Shown here piece after piece: positions 12,131 through 26,531 of a DNA stretch of 64,000 nucleotides (position 1 is the stretch's first letter; each line of letters opens with the position of its first letter). The position numbers and the translations under genes are program-made. This DNA is from Octopus vulgaris (taxonomy: Eukaryota): contig OX597822.1 in assembly GCA_951406725.2 (NCBI GenBank), positions 95,170,001 to 95,234,000 of the forward strand. Direction: 5' to 3'. The notes beneath the pieces are model-generated. The model saw only the letters and a program-made list of their open reading frames with translations. It had not been told where the DNA came from and did no database searches.

Positions 12131-13369
12131 TGGGACACGGCGAATCCGTTGTCGATATATAATCCTATATTGACGTCTTTTATTTTAGTTCTCAACAATA
12201 GTTAAAATCAAGTTTTCGTCATCCATTATCTCTACACTGTCTGCGTTATCCATAGATTCAACGAAGAACTCATCTCAGAACTTGCTGAATAAGACTTCTA
12301 GATATAAATGTGCTGAACTCAACAAAATCGAACTTGAGAGATTTTTAGTTGGTTTTTATTTTCGATGCATTTATATTTCATCTAGTTTCAGCTCACGAAA
12401 TATAATGTCTTGTCGACTATTCCTAATTCGTTTTTGTGGGTATAATTAGTCTAGATTTAGGGCTTCCTATACAGTTTTTTTAATTATTATTATAGTGTTA
12501 GACACGGCTTACTCACACACACACACGCACGCACGCAGGCGCACGCATACACGCATACATATACACAAATACATACATATGCATAAATACACATATAAAG
12601 AGGGAGAGGTAGAAGAAAGAAAGCGGGAAGATAGAGATAGAGAGAGAGAAAGAGACTGAAGGTGGCAGTAAGTGGAAGTACGAATACCGTTTTCTGTGAT
12701 TAGATTAAATGTTGCAGTGAGCCGTGAAGACGAGAGACAGTTGCAATGAAGCTATTATAAACAGAAGGAAGACACTATACAACATTGAATGTAAAAAGGG
12801 AGAACGTTTGCAAGAGAGAGTTATCTTTTCTTTTTTTTTTTTCCATTCTGGATTTGATCTTCGAAATTTTTCATTGAATGTATGAGGAAATTCCTTAGAG
12901 TTGACAGCTGTATTTTGCTGTGAATGGGGCATTTTAATGCTTCCTAAAGAATGATTAACGATCGAGGGTTAGATTATTTCCCGCTTACAAAGTCTGTTTG
13001 ATGTTTGCTTAGATGGCCTCACCACAATATTAAAAAAAAACAAAACATTCGAATTATTGATAAAAAACAAATCAAAACAAAAAAACTTGAGTATGAGAAA
13101 TTATCATTTGCAGTTCTCTGTCACCTTCGTCATGACAAATATTTACATAACATATTTATAATTCATCAATAACAACAGTGTCACACACAAGTTTTACTCA
13201 CACACTTACTCGTTAACAATTCATTCACTGACTTAGTCAATATTTCTGTGTCTTTCACTCAAACTCCTTTTTTTCTTTTATCTTTAGACGTCTTCAGAAT
13301 CCGCTGCCCAGGAGTACCATCGCAGACGACAGCAACAACAATTACACCAACAAATGTTAATGTTGATAG

Positions 13370-13420
13370 CAACAACAACTACAACAATAACAATAACAAT
13401 AACAATATAAACAACATAAC
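13370..13420. repeat. (AAC/AAT)n tract directly after the GPCR stop codon (3' UTR)
   Basis: aacaacaactacaacaataacaataacaat adjoins the stop at 13425. Confidence 0.8.
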
Positions 13421-13424
13421 ATGG

Positions 13425-14020
13425 CTATGAGTCGGACGTATCATCTGATTCTGTTATGTTACTGAAGTTCGGTTTCATTTCCTGAAGATGCTTCAATGGC
13501 GGTTCAAACTGGATTCGGATTGAGTTGAGGGAGGCGTTCACAGTGGCTATACTTTCTCCCTGTCTTATCTGTGATGTTGACTGAGCGATGTCAGGTGCCT
13601 GGCTTCGTCTGCGTCGGCAGCAGAAAGCCCCCAAGAAAGACTCACGGAATTTCCGGTTCATAAAGCAGTAAGTGATTGGGTTACAGCAGGATGACACGTA
13701 CGACAGAAGATGTATGAAAGCTAAGCCAACGGGCGAGATGTGTGAATGGGCAGTGCGGGCGTCAAAAGCCAGCCAGGTTTGTGCAAAGAACAACGGAGTC
13801 CAGCAGACGAAAAACTCCAATACTACAACAGCGAGCATTTTAATGACTCTCTTCTTAGCCGCTACGTTCCTGTCCAAGTTCGATTGACGTACACCCGACT
13901 GGAGGTCATAGCGTCGACGCTTGGGTGTGACGATGGGCCGGTTTTCAGAGTTTCTTGAAGGGCTTCCTTCAAAGACGCACATGCGCATGGAGTTACCAGG
14001 TTGATTTCGTTGGTTTTCTC
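13425..14020 (-). CDS. CCKAR: Terminal coding exon (ICL3, TM6, TM7, C-tail) of the same CCK/sulfakinin-type GPCR
   Basis: AKKRVIKMLAVVVLEFFVCWTP and FIHLLSYVSSCCNPITYCFMNRKFR closely match CCK receptor TM6/TM7. Acceptor ttttctttag ends at 14021; G|GA joins in frame with the upstream exon; TAG at 13425-13427. Receptor subtype is not resolvable. Confidence 0.9.
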
Positions 14021-14600
14021 CTAAAGAAAAAGAAAAAATCAAACCAGAAAAAGTAAATAAGGAAAAATAAGCTGAAATCATAATATAATTTGAAGATATT
14101 TTACATTTTTTTTTTGTGAGAAGAATAAAGATAGTTTTTGAAGGTCATAATTCGCTACCAGCAAGAGTACTCATTTACTTTTTTCACTGCTTATATTGAT
14201 TTTTAACACTGACACAAGTTCACAAATTTTTCAGAGAAAGAAAACTGTAGATTAAATTGAGCCCAGTATATTACTGGTTCCAGTACCCTTGTAACTCTGA
14301 AAGGCTGAAGGGCAACATGAACACAACACGGCATTTTGTTCAGCAGTTTACGGAATCTACCTGTGAATACCCTCTTCCATCTTAAGACACTGAAAGAAAA
14401 TGAGAGGAATCATGAAGATAGTGCACAGAATTTGTCAACTAATTATGGAATGCTTTCTATGCGAACGAGTAAATTTGTCAAAGAAAATGAAAGGTCAATT
14501 CATCTCTTAGCATGTCAGCATATACGTCATTTGTTTAAACATACATACACACAAACATAATACATGCATACATACATACATGTATACATAATACATAAAT

Positions 14601-14641
<41 letters not shown>

Positions 14642-15379
14642 CTTTGTATGTATGCATGTATGTATGCTTGTTTTATATATATATATTATATTAAATTAGA
14701 GACAAAACCACTATTAGGCAAATCAAACAATGAAAGACTTAAGCCAATACATATGATTAATTTATATTATTTAAATATGTAACAAAATTATTAAAAAAAA
14801 TAAGACGTTTTTTGATTCAAAATTAGTTCATTGTTTAAACCTCGCCAAGAAAAGTATGTATCTTTTGTAAGATCCTTAAATTGCTAATTTTAATATTGTA
14901 TAAGCCTTTGAAGTAATAATATTCTCCTTATGTAAATATTGTTGTTTATGTAATGATCTAATTATCGTAATTTTCTATGTTATTAGATATTAAATAAATT
15001 AGATAAACTTTGATAAAATTAGATATGTTTCGACTAAAGATGGTCTAGGCCATGTCTAATTTAATAGCATAATTTATATTAGATAATTATTCCCATTCAT
15101 AATTATGTTTATAGTACTTATAGTATTTATTTAATACTATATTACTAAGAATTGAATATTTCTATAAGTATTTTACATAAGATTTTGAAAGTCAGTTTAA
15201 GTTAGTTTATTTGTATTTTGAAATTAGCTATTTCATCTTTAAATATGAAAAATTAAATTTATTAGGTTTTCATTATATACAATTATTTATAGAGATTTTA
15301 GGGATTATAGAGATTATTAGGATTATAGAGATTATTAGGTTTTCATTATATACAATTATTTATAGAGATTTTAGACTGT

Positions 15380-15851
15380 AGTCGCAGTCATTCATCAGGT
15401 GGTTTAAATATCTAAAATATAATCAATATTTTTAAGATATAAATAATATATATAATCTAAAATAATAATTTACTTATAATAAACTCTATTATTAAATATG
15501 ATTATATCGAAATCGACTATAATGTTAAATATTAACTTTAATTTATAAGGTAGAAAACCCATATTCTAATATCAATATTAGTCTATATCTAATTACATAA
15601 ATATTTATATATATTAGTCATTTTAAATATTTATGTAATTAGATATAGACTAATATTGATATTAGAATATGGGTTTTCTACCTTATAAATTAAAGTTAAT
15701 ATTTAACATTATAGTCGATTTCGATATAATCATATTTAATAATAGAGTTTATTATAAGTAAATTATTATTTTAGATTATATATATTATTTATATCTTAAA
15801 AATATTGATTATATTTTAGATATTTAAACCACCTGATGAATGACTGCGACT
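15380..15851. repeat. Palindrome with 228 bp arms and a 16 bp spacer
   Basis: 15380-15607 is the reverse complement of 15624-15851; no mismatch seen by eye. Confidence 0.92.
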
Positions 15852-15889
15852 CAAAAATTTGTATACATATATATATATATGTATACATA

Positions 15890-16477
15890 TATACGACAGG
15901 CTTATTTCAGTTTCCGTCTACCAAATCCACTCACAAGGCTTTGGTCAGCTCGAGGCTATAGTAGAAAACACTTGCCCAAGGTGCCACGTAGTGGGACTGA
16001 ACCCAGAACCATGTGATTGGTAAGCAAGCTACTTACCACACAGCCACTCCTACGCCTTTATCTTTATCTTTTACTTGTTTCAGACGTTAGACTGCAGCCA
16101 TGCCGGGACACCGCCTTGAAAAATTTTTAGCCGAATGAATCGACCCCAGGACTTATTTTTTGTAAAGCTCGGTACTTATTCTATCGAACTCTTTTGCTGA
16201 ACCGCTAAGGTACGGGAACGTAAACATACTACCATCAGTTTTCAAGTGTTGGCGAGGGAACAAACAAACACAAACACACACACACACACACATTGATGTA
16301 TTTATATATACATATATACGATGGGCTTCTTTCAGGTTCCGTCAACCAGGTCCATTCACAAATCTTTGGTCGGCCCGAGGCTATAGTAGAATACACTTAC
16401 TCAAGGTGCCACGTAGGGGGACTGAACGCAAGACTATGTGGCTAGGTAGCAAGCTTCGTACCATACAGCTACGCCTG
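15890..16477 (-). mobile_element. Two tandem SINE family A copies (one partial)
   Basis: Heads end at about 16057 and 16477. Confidence 0.8.
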
Positions 16478-16869
16478 CTACTCAAAGTTTCACGTTAAAT
16501 AACGAGCTCTTCATATAAATGAGAATCAACTGAAATTCTTCTCTCGAGTGACAGTTTCATTTAAGCGTTTATTAGCAGTATCCTGTTGTTAATTTGCATT
16601 TGGAAATGCAGAAAGTCAGACGTTAGTTGAAAAGGATGTTGAATGGTCGGATTACGTGTACGTAAGCTCGTTTACGAACTCTCACTCACATCAACGGTTA
16701 AGTATTGTGTGTGTATAAGAGATGGTGTTGTGGATTTCCACTTCGGCATCTGAAACTCAGAGTTTTATCTTGACTATCGAGTAATGTAACATACTATTTT
16801 ATAGATAAATTTCCTCTATTTACATAATACTGACGTCTCTTTCTCTCTTTTGTTATCTTACCGTTTTTA

Positions 16870-16940
<71 letters not shown>

Positions 16941-16942
<2 letters not shown>

Positions 16943-17143
16943 CGGGAAGCTTTATGAAAATAGACAAAAGACGAAGGCAGGTGGAAAACAAACAAACAAT
17001 TGTATTAGTATGGCGCTCAGGAAATATAAATAAAACAAGTCTTTAACGTTTCGAGCCTACGCTCTTCAACAGAAAGATACACAGAGAGAAAAAAACACAG
17101 AAAGAAGGAGAGAAAAAAATTGCGTGCAGTAACTAACGAACCA
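16941..17143 (-). mobile_element. Short (TA)n-associated repeat, family H, with a hammerhead-like fold
   Basis: Homologous to 29782-29980, 42620-42805 and 61625-61790. Confidence 0.75.
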
Positions 17144-17160
17144 GTATGTATGTATATATA

Positions 17161-17379
17161 CTTTTTACTCTTTTACTTGTTTCAGACATTTGACTGCGGC
17201 CATGCTGGAGCACCGCCTTTAATCGAGCAACTCGACCCCGGGACTTATTCTTTTTGTAAGCCCAGTACTTATTCTATTTGTCTCTTTTGCCGAACCGCTA
17301 AGTAACGGGGGCATAAACACACCAGCATCAGTTATCAAGCAATGCTAGGGGGACAAACACAGACACACAAACACACACA

Positions 17380-17460
<81 letters not shown>

Positions 17461-17628
17461 ATATATACGATGGGCTTCTTTCAGTTTCCGTCTACCAAAT
17501 CCACTCACAAGGCTTTGGTCGGCCCGAGGCTATAGTAGAAGACACTTGCCCAGAGTACCACACAGTGGGACTGAACCCTGAACCATGTGGTTGGTAAGCA
17601 AGTTACTTACCTCACAGCCACTCCTGCG

Positions 17629-17630
<2 letters not shown>
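17161..17630 (-). mobile_element. SINE family A, full length
   Basis: Complete head (cagccactcctgcgcc) and tail. Confidence 0.9.
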
Positions 17631-17704
<74 letters not shown>

Positions 17705-17861
17705 GAATTAATCTACATTTTTGTTATTTTTCATTTGCCTTGCTCGTTTACGGTAATAGTTGTGCTAATTCTCCTTGGAAACAATTTTTGGTGGTTGAGA
17801 CCATAGCGGATCTATTTTTAGTGCAAGAGTTGACCACATAGTGGACACTCTCTTATATTTG

Positions 17862-17938
<77 letters not shown>

Positions 17939-18104
17939 GCATATATATATATATATATATTTATATGTAACGTATGTAGGGAAAATCCAAGCTGCCTCCT
18001 CTTAAAGCATACCTGCTTATTCCACTATTACAATCCACTATATATATCAAGATTTAGAGAAATAGAAGAACAGGCTAATATTTACAGAAGAAAAGGCAAA
18101 AACT

Positions 18105-18395
18105 TTGTTGACGACGAGGGTTCCAGTTGACCCGATCAACGGAACCTTCTGCGCATGGAATTATCATGCAAGTGGCGCGCGTTTCCTTAATGTAGTTCTC
18201 AGGGAGATTCAGCGTGACGGAGAATATGACGAGGTGGGCCCATTGAATTACAGGTACAATATATTTTTGCCAGCTGACTGTAGCAACGTGAAATAATGTG
18301 TCTTGCTCAATGACACTACGCGCTGCCGAAAATCGAACTCGCTACTTTACGATCATGAGCCGACTATCCTACCCTCTAAGCCGCGTGCCTTCACA
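18105..18395 (-). mobile_element. Diverged SINE sharing its 3' part with family B
   Basis: gacgacgagggttccagttgacccgatcaacggaac...gtagttctcagggagattcagcg. Confidence 0.7.
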
Positions 18396-18399
18396 TTGA

Positions 18400-19790
18400 T
18401 ATTAAAACACTCTATAAACTCTGCAGAAACTACGTGTCCGACCTCTGTGATGCCAAGAACAACAGATCATTGAAATACACAGACTATGTTTAAGGAATGG
18501 AATGAAATTCATTTCGAGAATGATGCGTACAAGAAAACAAACGAGATATTGATATGGAATAGTTTATTAAGTAAAAGAAAACAAGCTTATAGGAAAGTAA
18601 TCACAAACGAAAATTTCGCAGACACATACTTAGATTGAAAAAAAAAACAAAAAAAAAACTGTGTATCAGTTATTTTTCACGTAAATTCCGTTTCAAAGAT
18701 ACGAAATTAACGAAATGAAAAAAAAAACACGAAAATCCGAATAAATCTCGTTCGTGAAAAATTCGAAGCAGAATTAACATTTTTAACACTTCGCACACAA
18801 CGATTTTAAGAGAAATTCATATAATATGATGCCATAATGCTGAAAGAAATTACCGAACAAACGAACGGAAAAAAGTACGTGAGAAACTATTAGGTTTATG
18901 GGGAAAAAAACATTTAGAGATACAAGAGACCAAATCAAATAAAATACTAGAATCAAAACTGTGTTTATAAAAATAGGAAAAAAAATCGAAGCAGAACTAG
19001 TGATAATATATCTGAAAAATGACAGAATTTAATAACAACAGAAAGATCTATAGCACCTTTTGTATCAGGTTACAAGTCAAATCTAAAAATAGAACAAAGG
19101 GTAACAGCCCTTCCTTTCTTATTTATTAGTATTATTGAAAAAAAAGGAAAGGAATTCAATAACTCATGCTTACACAAACCCATCTACTACAAAAGACTTC
19201 CGAACTATAATATTAGGAGAATAAATCAAAATAGAGCGTCAAGTAAAAGAGTGCATAGCACGAAGAGCCAACGTACCAAGATAGAAAAAATAACAATGGA
19301 AGAACAGATCAAAAACTTAAGAACATATCATCTCAAGGCAGATGGTACAAGAACTGGAAAATCTCCTTCCAACAAAATAGAATAACTGAAAGAAAGGGTA
19401 AATGGCTCATAGAGCAAGAAATCTTTTTTTAGAGAGCAGAAGTTCCAAATAGAAACGAAAGAAAATTCTAATGACACAAAGAGTCAAGGAAATAGCGAAC
19501 CATCTGACCCAAAGGCGATAAAACTATCACAGCGAAATAGAACTGGGATAAGGACTTAAATTCATATCAACTCCTACATCTGATTCAATAAATCTTATCA
19601 AAGATACTGAGGAATTTTGAAGAAGACTTCGTCTACAGGAATTCTTCCAAAAGAAACACAACGAAGATCCATCACTTGTGAAAATCGAAACGGAATTTAA
19701 GCTTCCAGTGAACAAGAAAAAGCACTTAGAGGAATGCGTAATGTTTCTGAAAAGATCTGCACGCTGAAACATTCCAAGCTCAAACATTCT
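18400..19790 (+). pseudogene. Penelope-like N-terminal relic
   Basis: A-rich strand bias. G*GLKFISTP...KDTEEF*RRLRLQEFF at about 19545-19650 resembles the region upstream of PLE RTs. Confidence 0.5.
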
Positions 19791-20699
19791 ACCACCATAG
19801 TAAGGTGGTGGTGAAAGTGTCAGTCAAACCTGATAACAGAGCAGGCTATAGCTTTGCTTGTTACTATGGAAACAGACACCAATGTGAGATTAATGTCATG
19901 TGTATAATAGTGGCTTTCGATTGGCTGAAATTATCGAAAAAAATCGAAGCTTCAAAAACGGACGCAGTTCGTGAGATGATTGTGATCTGTAAACAGTTTT
20001 GAGTAGGAATCGGGGAAAGAAGTGAGAACACGCAATGCACGTGTGCACACTGAATTCGTAAAACGGATGAGAAAAATAAAGACGCAATGCGCAAGACAAA
20101 ATAAAACGGAAGAGAAGAATAAAAACGCAACTGTCAAGCAAGTTATGCGATAGTCTGCATGCCACGTCTGACACCACGATCACATAGCAATTTTCTTGTT
20201 ATTTATTAATTTATAGCGAAAATTAATTTCATTTTCATAATTAACGTCCAAAACTAAATCGGTATACCAAATTTGAAAGCCAAAAGTAAACAAAATTGAA
20301 ACACAGTACGAAATCTGTGACAGCAACCGGAAAAGATGAGAAATATTCACTGTTTGAATAAATTTTGAAATAGGAAATGGAAATTTCATAAAAACGCTTA
20401 TCTTTATGTTCTTTTGTTTTAAAACCTTTGTGGACGACACGTACAAAAAAAACGGTTGCTTTCAAGGTCACGTTTTTTTAAATTTCATTTCCGGTTCTCC
20501 TGATATTATAAACGTCTTAAACTTCATACGAGCGGAGACATGAAATAGCGCTGTTGTTTACGTAATATTTTGAAGTTGTAAAATTAAGAAATACTATGAA
20601 TTAATGTTTTTAAAAACAATGACTGTGTATATGCGAGCTCATTTTTCACGAACCCGTGCAGATGCGTACATCTACACGCATGCATGCTCATACACACAG

Positions 20700-22186
20700 T
20701 AGAAGAAAACACCGAGTGCTCTCCATTTCTCGCCCAGCTTCAATCATCAGCTGAGTGCCGTGTTTCGACAAGATTTCGGCCCATTATGCTCAGTATCTCT
20801 CCACACGGTGGGCCTGCAACAGCTGGACGTATTGCGTTGCAACCGATCTCATGACAGTTCTGTGACCTTATACGCATTCACAAACCTCTTGGTAATCCAA
20901 GCACTACCCTCAATTGCTTTCTCCCCACATTCCCTGGTGGTCTTCCTCACAGCAGATACACCAGCTACCTTCAGAAACCTTCTGAGAGAAGCTGCTGGGA
21001 AACCCCTGCAGCCGACCTCGAACGCAATCAACTCACAGATGTAGCCCTTCTCCCGAATCTCAGCTTCATAGCCCAACAGCTTCCGCTCATGGGCCTCAGC
21101 AATACTCTCCTTCCGTGGCACAGTAAGCTCCCCAAGGACCACCCGTCTCTGACCCTCATCTACCAAAACTAGGTCAGGCCGGAGTGCTGACACAACGATG
21201 CTTTCAGGCAATAGCTTGTCCACGAAAACCTGTTTTCTGTCTTCGGCCTGCAGAGGTTTCTGTCTCTTTGGCATCACACTTTGCTTCGCAAATGCTTGCA
21301 CAAGCTCAATTCAGGCACTCAACTCTCTCTTGCAGCTGGATAACAATGTTTAGCACTAAATTATGTCCAAATGTACACCATCCAGACTGGAGTGCTTTTG
21401 GGCAAGCTGGCAGCATGTGTTTGAGATTGCCATACTTCCCGCACAAGCGGCACTGTGGACTCTCTTGATACCCCATTTGTTGAGATTTGCTGGAGATGGA
21501 TGCACATCATATGCAGTCTGGATCAGAGCTTTGAAATGCCCTGCACTCAAACGCCACCAAGCAGACCACTTCAACTCCAGCTTTTCAACATCATCCCAAT
21601 TCAGCCACCGACCCTGCTGTGCTTGTTGCACTGCGTGACCCTGACACCTCTCAACTTCCAGCTGCCTTACTTGTTGTTCACGTAGCTTCTGCTGTTCTTG
21701 CTCACTTGACTCAGACCAAAACCACTCTCTCTTGACAAGTCCCACGCCAGCCCTGCCGTCTATAATCACTCCACGCACTTCAGCATGCTGGGCCATCTCA
21801 TCAGGCTGCTGCATCGCCTCACTGACCATCCACTTTCTACCAGTGTTCAAATCTGGTGGATTGTCGTAGATCACAGTGTCCCTCGACTCAGACATCATTG
21901 ATTGCAGACGCACCTTGGAGACCTTGTACTCCTCCACTAGTGACGCCAGGGGCAACTGGAGCATACCCTGGTTGCCATAAAGGGCGACAGATGAAAGGCA
22001 CTTCGAAAGGCCAAGCCACTTCCTTACCATCTTATTGATCTTCCATTCAATTGTCTCAATCCTTGTTAGAGAAACTTCATACACAATTATGGGCCACAGC
22101 AGTCTTGGGAGCAACCCAAAATGTATACACCACACCTTGAACTTCCCAGGCAAACTAGCTTGATCAATGCTCTTTAACCCTGTCAC
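20700..22186 (-). mobile_element. 5'-truncated HERO-like non-LTR retrotransposon with restriction-like endonuclease
   Basis: LPGKFKVWCIHFGLLPRLLWP..YEV, TGRKW, QQGRWLNW, YDVHPSPANLNKWG, a frameshifted zinc knuckle, then LRPDLVLVD...GELTVP..E and FEVGCRGF. Confidence 0.85.
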
Positions 22187-22762
22187 AGAATTATATACGC
22201 ACGCATACATATATACGTATATGCTTATGCACATACACACACACACATACACACACACACACAAACACACACAGACACACACACACAGACATGCACAAAA
22301 CATGTTAAAAATTTCAAAACCAACGTTTTTTCTCTGAACCAGAACGAAATTTACGGAGCTTGTATTTATATAAAGATATTCAGCCGCATGCATACAAGGC
22401 GCTAACAGTCAGTTCTTTTGTGCAGACTGTTACTGCCTTGAGTCGAAAGTCTCAATTTAACACTAAAAGAAAGGTCAGAGCACATCTTTTATTTCGAAAC
22501 TTCTCTTCCTGTATGATTGTGCACTATCTGCAATAGAACAGCTAATTTTGAATTTGTGACGACTTGTCTAACCCACGAACCATATAAACTTCGACCAAGC
22601 CGTAGCGCATTTTCTTTTAGGGCTGGCAAATGGAATGTTTGTGTTTGTTGGGCCTCCGTTGTGGCCCAACATTCAGTTGCACTAAAGAACATCTAATGAG
22701 GTGGTTGCAACGAACCACAATTGTGAGACGTACGTAGGAAAGAAATGATATAAACTTGTGCT

Positions 22763-22836
<74 letters not shown>

Positions 22837-23829
22837 TGTGTGTGTACGTGCGCTCGCGTGTGTGCATAACTGTCTTCCAAATTTCAGTGTGTTTCTGTTC
22901 ACTTTGAACACAGTGTAATGATAGGTAATTACTCCCTGAAGAGTGGCCAGTCAACCATGAAACCAAGTCGCATAATTTCTTTTATGTTTCTGTCTGCGAG
23001 GAAAACAACATAGTTTTACGCTTTGTCCTTCATTGAGAATTGTAGGTGTTGTTTGTATTGCTCTGGATGTTGACTTTTATTACGAAGTCCTTTTCAGGAA
23101 ATTCTTTTATAGGTTTTTCTTTAATTTCTCGACGTTTTTCGATTAGGACGAATATACTGTCGTCAAAAATAGTGTATACTGTATGGATGAAAAACAATCG
23201 TAAAATTTTGTAAGTTCGAAAAAAAGTTGTTAGACCAGAGAAAGATACGAAACATAGAAGTTTCTCTTATAAGGAAACGAACGGTATTGGGAGAAGTGCA
23301 GAATGTGTGTGTGCGTGTGTGTGTGTGTGTGTGGGGAATTATTAGAAGAAAATAAGTAGCTAAAAAACTTTGAAAAACAAAATCTAGTAAAGCAAAAACG
23401 CTCAGAGCGTGTGGTTCAGAATATTAAAAAATCAATTGTGATTGGAAAATAGTAGTGCATGGATGAATAAAATATAAATTATAATGCGAATTCACTCAGA
23501 AATTTATTGTATATAAATAATATAGTTCGATACCATGGAAGCAAATTATGCATGAAAGATTATAGAGAGCAAGTTAACTAATATATGGTAAAATGAGGGG
23601 AAAATCAATAAAAATAAAACTGAAATATTCTAAAGATTTCAAAAGAAAACAAGATGGACATTTTTATAAACATTTTCATGCGATTTGGAGTTTAAGAATA
23701 ATATTGGTTTATAATACTAACTATAATTTATGTGTGTGTGTCTATAAATATATGTTTGTATATATATATACATACATACAAACACACATATACATATGTG
23801 TGTGTGTGTAAAAGTAAAAGATATACATC

Positions 23830-24240
23830 TTTTACCATTTACATTTTCAGTCATTAGACTGCGACCATGCTGAGGCACCACTTTGAAGGATTTTTAGTCG
23901 CATGAATCGACCTCGGTACTTTTATTTTAAGCTTGGTACATTTTATCGATTACTTTTACCGAACCGCTATAGATTACTTTTATCGGTTGCCAAGCGGTAA
24001 TGCGGAATAAAAACCGACACAAAGACATATATATATATACATACACACACACTCACACACAAACGCACACACGCAAACACACGTGGACCTTCCACACAAT
24101 CTACCAAATTCAAAGACGAGAGATTAGTCGTCCTGTAGCTATAGTTAAATATGCTCTGCTTGTTCAATGTGCCCTGCAGTGGGACTGAACCCAAAACCAA
24201 GTGGTTGCAATGTGAGTTTTATAAACACACACACATGGCG
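23830..24240 (-). mobile_element. Diverged SINE family A-related copy
   Basis: ttcagtcattagactgcgaccatgctg...cagtgggactgaaccc. Confidence 0.65.
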
Positions 24241-24744
24241 GCTTGTCGGTTACTTCTTTTGTCTTATAAGGGTATTTTACCCTATTTTCTAAACTGTTTT
24301 CACAGCTATTCCCCTACATTCGACATATCTTTAATTTCTAACATATAAAATACTCGACGCATGTGTGTGTGTGTAGATATGTGTGTGTGCGTTTGTGTGT
24401 GAGTGTGTGTGTATGTATATATATATGCGCGCGTGTGTGTAACAATATATATATATATATATATATATCTTTCAACTTTGGACTGCGACCAAGACGCGGT
24501 ATAACTTTTAATATATATGATACTTATTCTGCTTACTGCATCGGTCCCTTTCTGCCAAACCCCTACGATACGGAGGTATTAACAAACCTACACAGAATGG
24601 GGAGTGATCACAAAATTAATGGCACACACACGCACACACAGAAGCGCGCTCGTGTTCGTGCACAATTTACGCATATCGATATATATATTTATATAATATA
24701 TGTAAACTATATATATATATGAATTGTAAATGTGTATATGTGTA

Positions 24745-24822
24745 GATACATACATACATACATACATACATACATTCATACATACATACATACATACATA
24801 CATACATACATACATACATACA

Positions 24823-24855
<33 letters not shown>

Positions 24856-24990
24856 GCATACATACGTAGGTACATACATGCATACATACATACATACATA
24901 CATGCATACATACATGCATACATACATACATATATGCATACATACATACGTACGTACATACATACATACATACATACATACATACATACA

Positions 24991-25024
<34 letters not shown>

Positions 25025-25102
25025 CATACATACATACATACATACATACATACATACATACATACATACATACATACATGATACATACATACATACATAC
25101 AT
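24745..25102. repeat. (TACA)n microsatellite, ~350 bp
   Basis: Direct reading of the sequence. Confidence 0.95.
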
Positions 25103-26490
25103 ATAAATGAAAGTGGCAGAACTGATTAGCTGAAGAAAGTTAATAACACGAAGTTGACTGCTAACACTGGACTGGATTCATGCGAAATTAAGTTCGCAAA
25201 TCTAAATAAATAACCACGTTGAATGTAGACATTGTAAATCGTGACATAAAACCTGTCGTGTCATGGTTGAATTGTCGGAGTGACTAAAATCGATTATTTA
25301 TTAGTTACAGAAGAGAGGAATTGTGTAACGTGTGATTACGTGTGAGAGGAGCGAGTTAAAGAAATACAAAAGTTGAGGATAGTGAAGGGAAGAGAGTGTG
25401 AATGAAAAAGGAAGGCTACAAATAGTAGACGGAGATGAGGAATGAGAGCGTAGGAAGAATTTGAGTGTTTGTGTGTGCGTATGAAAAGAGGGAGAGAAAT
25501 CGAGTGGGGGATGATAGTGGCAAAAGAGAACGCGAAAGCGACACGATAAAGAAAGGAGGGAAACATCATGAGGTTGAGGGAAAAAATTGTGTGATAGATG
25601 CAGGAGATATTAGGCAATAGGGAAAGGATACGAAAGAAAATAGAAAGGGAGATGAGCGAAAAGGTGTGAAAGAAAGAGGGAGAGAGATTGGGGAAGGGAC
25701 TAAGAAGTTAGCGCATGCGAAGCTGTGTAGTAAGATAGTTTGCTACTCAAACACAAGGTTCCGGGTCCAATCTCACAGCATGGTACCTTGGGCAGGTGTT
25801 TTCTATAACCTCGGGTTATATGTACCTCTGTAAAATTTTAAAAAGTATTTCTAAAATAAACGGACTCTCAAATTCAGGTTCAGCGCTAAAGATCACTTAA
25901 ATATACTTACAATTAATTGAAAACTTACAATTAATTCTAAAACTTCCAAATCTGTGATGGCAGCCGAAAAGAGTCAATATTTCAAAAGAAAAGCAGGCTC
26001 GGTTTACCAGCTGATAATCAGAAACGAGTAACATTGTGTTTTGAAAATTGAGGTCTCAGTTGTATTGTATTAAGGAATACTTTACATTTGTACAGAGTCC
26101 TGCAATTTATCGCCTCTGGTGAATCACAGAGATTTATACATAAATATACGCATACTTATGTATGTATATAAATATTGGCAGTGTTCCAATATGGCCATAG
26201 TCCTTGAACTGAAACGTATAAAAATAAAAGAACAGAAGAATATCTTCTCTTTTTGTCTTTTACTTGTGTCAGTCATTCGACTGTGGTCATGCTGGGGCAC
26301 CACCTCAAAGGGTTTAAGCGAACAATCGACCCCAGTACTTATATTCCTTTATATTCTATCTGTTTCTTCTTCACACGCACACACACACACACGCACACAC
26401 TAATGTATAATGTATGTGTATGTAAATGTATGTATGCATATATATATATCTATATATTTATACATACATATGTACATATATATGTATGCT

Positions 26491-26530
<40 letters not shown>

Positions 26531-26531
26531 T

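Noticed and set aside
14021-14081. N-terminal extension MISAYFSLFTFSGLIFSFSL of the 218 aa ORF
   Set aside because: Intronic polypyrimidine tract upstream of the acceptor.
22187-22393. N-terminus of the 345 aa ORF
   Set aside because: Read-through of microsatellite flank beyond the LINE's 5' truncation.
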